A DNA stretch of 64,000 bases, taken from assembly GCA_028534125.1 (NCBI GenBank), contig CM052816.1, positions 85,128,001 to 85,192,000 on the forward strand, read 5' to 3'. Source of the stretch: Lama glama. Its lineage: Eukaryota. Positions 55,715 through 64,000 of the stretch are shown here, in pieces; position 1 is the first letter of the stretch, and the number at the start of each line of letters is the position of its first letter. Below the pieces are notes generated by a model. That model saw only the letters and a list, made by a program, of their open reading frames with translations, ran no database searches and was not told the origin of the DNA. Made by a program: the position numbers and the translations under genes.

Positions 55715-57040
55715 TTTACATGAAAAATACTTACCAGTATTTCTCTATAATGTGTCAATCATTGTAATAAGCACTGGAGATGCATAATCGAGCAAGACAA
55801 ATTTTGGCCACAATGGAGCTTTCTTTACCAGTATGTGTCTCAGAGATGTGGATGCAGAAAATTACTCACAAAATAAATGTGATATTTTGTAGATGATCAA
55901 TATGGTGATAAATTAGCATGAGAAAACTAATGACTAGGAAGTTACTTTAAATAGAATGGAAAGAGTAATGAGGTGACATCTGAACTGAAAGACTTAATGA
56001 TGAAGAGGAACCAGTCCTACACCCAAGGAAAATAGATTCTCATGCAGAGGAAACAGCAGAACCAAGAGATGGGAAGAAACCAGGCATCACTGATGAGTAC
56101 GTAGAAGGCTAGTGCAGCTACAACACAGTGGAGAAGGTTGTAGGTCTCTCTGCAGGAGGAGGGACAAGATTTCTAAATCATGACAGGAAGGTTGGATTTG
56201 TTCTAATTCCAGTAAAAAGACTTGGGGTGATTTAATCAAATGGTTGACATGTTGAATCTACTTAAAACAGCCATCCAAATCTAACTAACTGGTAGGCTCT
56301 TAGATTAATACATGTAGGAGATAATGGATGTATAATACACGGAGTTAATGGAGATGGAGGGAAATAAGCTCATTTGGGAAGTATTTTGGAGGTAGAACCA
56401 AGAGAATGAATTTTCCAAGAGCAGTAAGGGGACAGGTAAGTCCGGCATAACTAATGCCATGCCAGAATGCTGATGCCATAATGTGAGCATGGATCAACTG
56501 TGAACTGATGCAACAGAGTGGTGAGGGAGCAACTCAAGTATCTTCTTTTGGAAGTATAAAACATAGGTGCTTATTCCATTTCCAAAAATTCTGAGTAGTC
56601 TATGTTGGATAAATGGACATATGATCCTGGAACTCAGGGGAAATAGCAAGTCTCTAACCATAAATTTGGCTATCATTAGAATACAGATTACTTTAAAGCC
56701 TAGAGGTTGGATGGCATTATGTAATATGAGAAGCAAACTGCCCAGGATGAAACCTTTAAGCACTGTAGTGTTTTGAGGCCTCTTTGAGGAAAGCCTTAGC
56801 AGGGGGTCTAGAGAGGAAAGAAAAACAGAGCACTCTGTTGTCACTGATGTCTTGGAATGGAGTTTCTTCAAGAAACTGGGGATAGTTTTCAATCAAATCC
56901 TATTAAGAGGAAAATTCAGCATGAAAATTTGGGATTAACATTTTATAAGATATAAAGTGCTGATGTCCTTAGTAAGGACTCTTTCATTGGCCTGTTGAGA
57001 ACGCAAACCATGCAGGGTAAACCAGAGAAAGAATAAGGAT
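55715..57040 (-). mobile_element. L2 LINE (antisense), ~1.3 kb, degenerate
   Basis: 'taagcactggagatgca', 'gaggtgacatctgaactgaaagac', 'gtattttggaggtagaacca', 'tggaactcaggggaaatagc...taaatttgg'. Confidence 0.8.
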
Positions 57041-59104
57041 TAAAAAAAAAAAGTGAGAACGAAGTTATATACAATATTTATTGTATTAGTCATATGGTCT
57101 TGGGGGAAATAATTAACTTTAGATAAAGTTGTGGCCCTTTTCAAAAAAGTAACAATTTAGTGGTTAATTTAAAATAATTATATTTATTCTGCTTATCAAA
57201 ATACAGAAATGGCAATGTTTTATTACTTTTTAGTATTAGTAAACTAGTGTTCAAATTCTTTACACTTCAACTCACTTAAATCCCCATTTACCAAGGGAAA
57301 CTTAACTGTCATAAAGTTTATATGAGTCATTAAATAGTACAAAATATAAACATAATTTAAACCACTTTTTAAATGAAAAGGATTTAAATTCATTTTCAAG
57401 AAATGTTTCATATGTTTATTGATGGAGTGTTTGTCAAGACTCAGTTCTTAGTAATTCAGCTATATTATTTTAGTATAATCCTCTTTGTAATAAATTCATG
57501 TGTGTGATTGTGTATGGGGACAGAGAGACACAGGAGAAAGAGACGGAAGAGGGAATGAGCTTTGGGGACCAATTTTTTAATGACTATACATAATCATATA
57601 GAAATACTAACATTTAACTACAATTTAACCGAGAAGATTATTTTTTACTTATCCTTTCCTACTAAATATAAGCCCACTTTTAAAAGTGATATAATTATTA
57701 ACAAGTTGTTAGACTGTTTAGTAGAGTCCAGAAGATATATATTAATGGATATGCTATGTTGTATCAAATGTTAATTGTGGAGTATTGCAGATTATTTTAT
57801 AGACCATGTTTTAAAGGGATAAGCTTAAAAGTTAAATGAACGCTAAATATAAATACTAAATATTTCTTAGTATAGTAAGAGAATGACTAAAACTTGTCTC
57901 ATTCAATGATTCAAAGAAGACACACAGGAGTTAAAAAGTATCTCTTTTTCAAATAGAGTTATGTCTCATAAATAAAATTTGGTTTGCATTACTCAAAATG
58001 GTCCAATGTACATATTCAAAAAAGGAATGGTTTCTTCTTGAAATTTCCTACTGCTAATTGGATATGAAGCCAGATGAGTGGATTCTCAGTAGTAGATTCT
58101 TAGATTCTTATGGTGTAGACTACTTAGAAAACAGAATACTTTTTCTTGGCATTACTGACCACTTCTGTTAGCATAACATTTAGTAGTATTACACTAAAAG
58201 ATCCCCTTACTTCCAGGTGGTAACACTTGGGAGAAATTAATGAAGACAAAAGAAAACCCCATAACACTACATATGATCCCTCACTGAGATTTTATGATAA
58301 CATGATTAAATTAGAGCCTTTCTACACTGAGCCAGTGTTAGGGGAGAGAGAGGAGGGAGAGAATATGTGATATCCTTAAGTCTGAATTGTATTTATATTT
58401 TGGCCTACTATATAGTTTTCTTTAAGCTTTAGCATCTATGAAGAATTCAAACTTTCTGTGAAAAGAAGGAGAATTTAATATCTCCTATCATGAGAACATT
58501 TGAACACCAGCAGTTGGAGAAAACAAAGGATCAAAACAAGTTTGGAAAATTAAGAAGTTGAGCTATATCATTGAAAAATAAAATACTCCAGTTGTAGACT
58601 AACATAAGCAGTTAGCATTTTATAATGAATAGAAAAATAATGATGCAAAGTAAAACCAGTTGTCAGATTTGTCTCATAAACATTGAATAGATGAATCAAA
58701 TACTAAAGATATTTTGCAAAAAAAATTCAGTCTTTATACATAATACTTGTATGCAGCAATGGATTGAAAAGGATAAATTGAAGTAAGATAAATTAAAATC
58801 TGGATTTTATTAATTATAGCTATCATTTATTTAACTTTACATAATCCCACTATATAAATGTTATATTTTAAAGTCTTTTGCCAGTTTTTCCAAAGCAAGT
58901 TTTTTCCCCCATCTTACAAAAGGGAAAAAAGACTCAAAGTTGTTTGATAATATTTTAAAGTACACACAGCCAAAACAATCTCATTTCCATTTCACCACAT
59001 ACTGTTTCTTATCCTATAATCAAAATCTCTAATAGGCACACATTGACTTTTTATTGTTAATTATCAACCACCTGTTAGAAAGTTTATATATAAATCCAAT
59101 AGAT

Positions 59105-59243
59105 CTTATGGCTACTGGGGAAAGGGGATGGGAAGGGATAAATTTAGGAGTTTAGGATTTACAAATGTTAGCCATTATATTTAAAAATAGATTTAAAAAA
59201 AAGTTTCTTCTGTATAGCACAGGGAACTATGTTAATATCTTGT
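59105..59243 (+). mobile_element. Camelid-type L1 3'UTR fragment, 3'-truncated at a tRNA fragment
   Basis: 'cttatggctactggggaaaggggatgggaagggataaatttaggagtt...ctgtatagcacagggaactatgttaatatcttgt', then an abrupt end. Confidence 0.85.
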
Positions 59244-59249
59244 CCCCTC

Positions 59250-59285
59250 AGCAGAGTTGCGCAGCGGGAGCATGCTGGGCCCATA
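59250..59285 (+). pseudogene. 5' half of initiator tRNA-Met (retroposed fragment)
   Basis: agcagagttgcgcagcgggagcatgctgggcccata is 33/36 to recalled tRNA-iMet 5' sequence (AGCAGAGTGGCGCAGCGGAAGCGTGCTGGGCCCATA); stops one base after anticodon CAT. Confidence 0.88.
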
Positions 59286-59697
59286 GCTGATTGTTGAAGG
59301 CAAGAGTCTCCTCCAGATGTAGCAAGTGGAATGATTTCTTATTTAGGTTTGGGAATTAGAATACTCTCATATTGAGGGTTTTTTTTTCTGTACATGTTAC
59401 ATTATATTACATAAAAATGTCATACATAGAAAATATGATATCATATATAATATATGACTTACATGGATACATTAAAATAACTTGGTGAGTAAAATATTTT
59501 TAAAACATTTTCCTTCAAATACTAGACCTTCAAGGCTATATAAAATATAATTCTCAAAACATGTTTAGGCTAAATTTGGCCATAACAATCTACTTGTACA
59601 AAGTGCATTTATGTATTAAATATAATTCAAAATAGTACATATTGTTTTTAAAAGACATGATGTGATTAATGTACAAAATGTGTTTTTTCCTTCACCA

Positions 59698-59940
59698 TTT
59701 TTTTACTTGAGTTATACCAGTTTATTGTTGTGTCAATTTCTGATGTACAGCAAAATTCTCTAGTCATACATGAATACACATGTTGATTTTCATATTCTTT
59801 TTCACTGTGAGCTACTATAAGATATTGAATATATTTCCCTGTGCCATACAGTATAAACTTATTTATCTGTTTTATATATACCAGTCAGTATCTGCAAATC
59901 TCGAACTCCCAGTTTATCCCCTCCCACCCTCCTCCCTGCA
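59698..59940 (-). mobile_element. Camelid-type L1 3' end (antisense)
   Basis: 'ttgagttataccag...tttcactgtgagctactataagatattgaatatatttccctgtgccatacagtataaac...ctgcaaatctcgaactcccag'. Confidence 0.88.
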
Positions 59941-60504
59941 ATATGTGAATCATATAAATTATATAACAAATATTTATCTAAATCTGCCCCTTTTGGCAGA
60001 TATTTTCTGCTTTCCAACACAACTCTTATCATCTCTGAGCTGGACCACCTGAATAATTCTGTAAATGATCCCCCTGCTGACATTAAATTTGTCACTTCTG
60101 GTCTCTTCTCCAAATGACAGAAACACTGGTATTTTTAAAAAACAAATTTATTCTTGTTGCTCTCTGGTGTAATATCACTCACTTATCCCTACTAAATTTC
60201 AAATGAATTGCCTAGCAGACACAGCCTCTTGCTTCATCTTGACTCAATTTCATTGCACTCTTTGCCTCACTCATTAATCTCTAGCCAGCTTGGTCTCTTG
60301 TCTCTGCGGGCCTTTATTATTGCAGGGACTTTGCACATCCTCTCTCTATATTTTGAATAATTATTCCCCTTTCCTTCACCTTGCAGGTTTCAGATTTGAC
60401 ATCATTTATTATTTAAAATTAGACTGGTTTTCTGCTTTTTGGTGTGCCTATACGTTATTTTCCTTATAATTTTAATTTAATCATTGAAAAAAATATGTTT
60501 TCTT

Positions 60505-60852
60505 TAAAAATTAGAGAGTAGAATGGTGGCTCCCAGGGACTGAGGGGTGGGAGAACCGGGAAGATGTGGTTTAAAGGTACAAACTTGCAACCAATAGATA
60601 AATAAGTCCTGGCAATTCAGTATGCAGTACAGTGATTTTAGACAAAAATACTATATTATAAACCTCAAAGTTGCTGAGAGACTAGATCTTAACTGTCCTC
60701 ATCACAGAAAGGAAATGATAATTATGTGAGGTAACATAGGCATTAGCTAACACTTATGGTGGTAATCATATTGTGACATATAAATTTGTCAAATCAAACA
60801 TGTTGTATATCTTAAATTTAACATCTAATGTCAATTATACCTAATTTTTAAA
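60505..60852 (+). mobile_element. L1MA-type 3'UTR fragment
   Basis: 'agagagtagaatggtggctcccagggactgaggggtggga...aaagttgctgagagactagatcttaactgtcctcatcacag'. Confidence 0.85.
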
Positions 60853-63800
60853 TTTTGTTTTGTTTTTTCTTTTTGGTCCTTTTGTTAATTTTTTTGTCTG
60901 TTTCTTGGAATGTCCTGGTGGCTATTTCCATACACAAAGTGATAAAATGCAGTTCTCAAAGCCTGAAAAGTATTTGGGCAAGTGTCAGTATATATTTTTT
61001 CTAGATTTCTCACTCCAATAATGGTGAAAAGAATTACAGTGGGTATGTAATGAAAATAGCTTAAAATCCAATTAAAGATTTTCCCCATAAAGAACAAACT
61101 GAATTAAATTTGTATTTGCTTTTAAAATACTGAGCTAAAACCAAATTTTTAAGTTTGGCATCTATATACCATAGCAGAGAAAGTAGCATTAAGGAGAAGC
61201 AGAAAATAATTTTCTAGGTCAGTTTCTTTAATGATACAATTTATCAGGCTTAGTAAAATGTTACCCTGTAGAAAAGTAGAGCTGAAGTAGCAATATTTCA
61301 TAGGCATTACAGCCTTTGGAAAATTGCCTAATTTAAAAGTGAGATATTTTGGTTCTGGTTGATTAAGCTATTTAAACTTATCTCTGCTATTACATGCTGC
61401 TTATCTTTAGATAATCTAAAATAAATTAATAAAACAAATATATTCACATTTCAAGGTGAATATATATCGTCTCCTGATATATTGCTACGTGTATTTTTAT
61501 TGTTTAAAATGCACATGATTGGGGTTTTTAAGCTAATTCTCTTCTGGATTGAAGATAAGTATTTTTACATAGAGGTTAGTCATTTCCCATCTGTTGTAGT
61601 AGATTGACTCACAATACAAAGAAGCAGCTTTCATTTTGGCCTTGTTGTTTTGATTATATTTAAGTATTAGATTATTTATAACACATTTTAATGCAAATTT
61701 ATTTGACCTATGGAGGTGATTCTAAAGATTGTAAAGGGCATATGTGTAAACTTTATTTAACCTCATCAGTCCCAGCATTAAGCTGAATAATGCAATGTTC
61801 ATAATTACTACTTCAAAGTCTTTGATGGAAATTGTTTCTGTGCTCTCAACTCAAATATGTTTGGTAATAACCAGAACTGCCAATTCCAAACATTCTACCT
61901 TCTTCATTTTAGTGATTTCATTAACATGAAGAAAAACTGTAAGTCTATAGAGAGCAATAGATAAGATTTGCCATCATACTTACTTTTGTACACTTTATTC
62001 AGAGGGTTTGTTTTTGTTGTGTGTTTCAGTCACATGCTGGCTCCTCCTATATTTGCAGTGCAATTAATATTCACAGTCCATGGACTGATAAGTCTCTTAT
62101 GACTTTTCTAACCTCAAATAAAGTTTAAGTTACTAAATGCAGAAATTTAAAAAATCTTGCAGAGTTAATGTGTGTTTCTTTTTCCCCATTGCATTTTATG
62201 CTAAATTCTAATCCAGGTTCCTGAAGATTTTGTAGTTTTCTTATCGATATTTTTGGAGGCAAGCAATGCAATGCAAAATGCCTTTGTGTGGGATGAGTCA
62301 CTCCAAGCAGTTTGACTAGAGACAGCATATTAACATTGCTTGACAAAGCACCTTATTATTCAAGCACTGAAAGGGACAAAGAACTGTTTTTGAGTGAAAG
62401 GGAAAGGAGAGGCAGAAGAGGAAAAACATCAGTACAAACTATAACAACTAGAAAATTGAATGAAAAGAATGAAGTCAAAGTTCTAGGAGGAATACCAAAT
62501 GTGAGGATAGCCTCCTGCACAACTTATCAGCTGCACACAGGCCAAGGTCCTCTAAGAAATCCAATTTGTTTAGAGGAAGTGACCAAAAAGATAGAGCCAG
62601 GCAAATGATCCAATGTGCCCTGTAACAAAACATACCGGAGAAGCAGCTTTCCTCAATTTGACATATTTCCCATTAAGTTTTGTCATTTATAAGAAACCAC
62701 ATACTTTAAAGTGGCACAAAGAATCCCTAATTTGGTCAGAGTAACTATTATAGAACATTTTTTTAAAATTATGTATTAGAAAAAGGCACTGGCCACTGAA
62801 ATAGTGAATTTGTGTTTTCTCAAAGTAATGAAGCTTTCAAAACCTGTATCATTTTATTTTAAAATATTCGAAAATGTATTCTCGATCATTTAAAGAAGTC
62901 CAAACCTAATTAGGGAAGGTAAAAATAAAATAGTTTGGCAAGTTATTTCAGATAAAGATTCAAAAGGGGAAGCAGACTGTATGGACCACAGGATATCATT
63001 AACCTAAAAGACAAATACCATACTGTTGGGAATATGACTGAAACACTGTCCCAGTTATCTTAACATAAGGAAAAATGAGATACAGAAACTAAACATGAAA
63101 AATGTAGACATAAAGAAATGAAACAATTTGCATCAAGGAAGTAACTGACATACTACTAAAGTCTCTAAAATTGGCCATGTAGTCATGGAATTGCCAAATC
63201 TTAAGGTAAGTTTACCTACAGACATGACACAGGTTTAGCATAACCACCGGAATCTTAAAATATACCATACATACATACCTGTCTAAGCTTTCATCTCTAA
63301 TTTTACTTTATTAGCTTGGAGACAAATCAAGAGAATTTTTACTGTGGATTCACAGTTCAGTCTTCATATAGCTACATGCAAAGCAGAATGATTTTCCTCC
63401 AAGTTTCTTTCAATTCTAATTTACTTTAGTCACCACTTCCATATTTGCTCTATAACTGAATGAATGCTGCCTGTATAGTTATTAGCTGCCTATGTGCACA
63501 GTAGAAATTAATTGCATCACAGTTGTTTAAAAGTTCTGCAGCATCAAAAATTCTTGAAAGCATTTGCAGGCTTAATGTTGTGCAAAATGATCTATTAGCT
63601 ATAACTATATTTAAGTCTGTGTTGTCTTTATGCTGAAATAAAACAATTTTTCAGCTTGATGGAAAAATGCACTAAGTATCCTCAAAGTATCATTTTCTAA
63701 TGTGTATAAATTAATACTTTGACAATAAAATTCCCCTTATAGCAATTACATAATTTTTCATGGTTTCTCTCATCTATATTATATTTTCATGTACAGTCTC

Positions 63801-64000
63801 ATTTCAAATCTGGAGTGTGGAAAACCACTAAATGTCTTCTCATATAATGGAAATATATTTAAATTTCTAATTAATATATTTCCTAAGTACTTGAAGTAGT
63901 TAGATGGATAAAATAGGTGGGTGTTAGTTTACATGAAGTCTTTTTTCAAGTTGTTTCAAAATATTTAGAAACAAATAACGTTATGTGCATACATCCAATC

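Noticed and set aside
1..64000. ORF-track entries as genes; CRISPR, rRNA or prokaryotic systems
   Set aside because: The ORFs are short, many start at TTG/GTG, and they are low-complexity or lie inside L1/L2/MIR/LTR remnants. The sequence is mammalian, and I saw no repeat-spacer arrays, rRNA or full-length tRNA.

Overview
AT-rich, CpG-depleted mammalian genomic DNA that reads as intergenic or deep intronic. It is probably camelid: the young L1 3' ends at ~46.0, 52.5, 59.1 and 59.7 kb resemble camelid L1s as I recall them, and I see no ruminant BovB/Bov-tA or pig PRE1 SINEs. No intact host protein-coding gene is supported; the ORF track is mostly chance ORFs or L1 fragments. Much of the window is decayed interspersed repeat (L1, L2, MIR, MaLR/ERVL LTRs, hAT and Tigger MITEs). 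The main signal is a ~1 kb stretch at ~16.83-17.88 kb that I cannot assign to a repeat family. Its broken plus-strand translation aligns colinearly, block by block, with Borna disease virus nucleoprotein, so it is a candidate old, divergent endogenous bornavirus-like N element (EBLN). A weaker matrix(M)-like remnant lies ~450 bp downstream. The window also holds two independent retroposed 5' tRNA halves (Gly-TCC with a target-site duplication, and initiator Met), both ending one base after the anticodon, and a near-perfect 76-bp local templated duplication. All family assignments and protein comparisons were made by eye against consensus sequences recalled from memory; no search was run.
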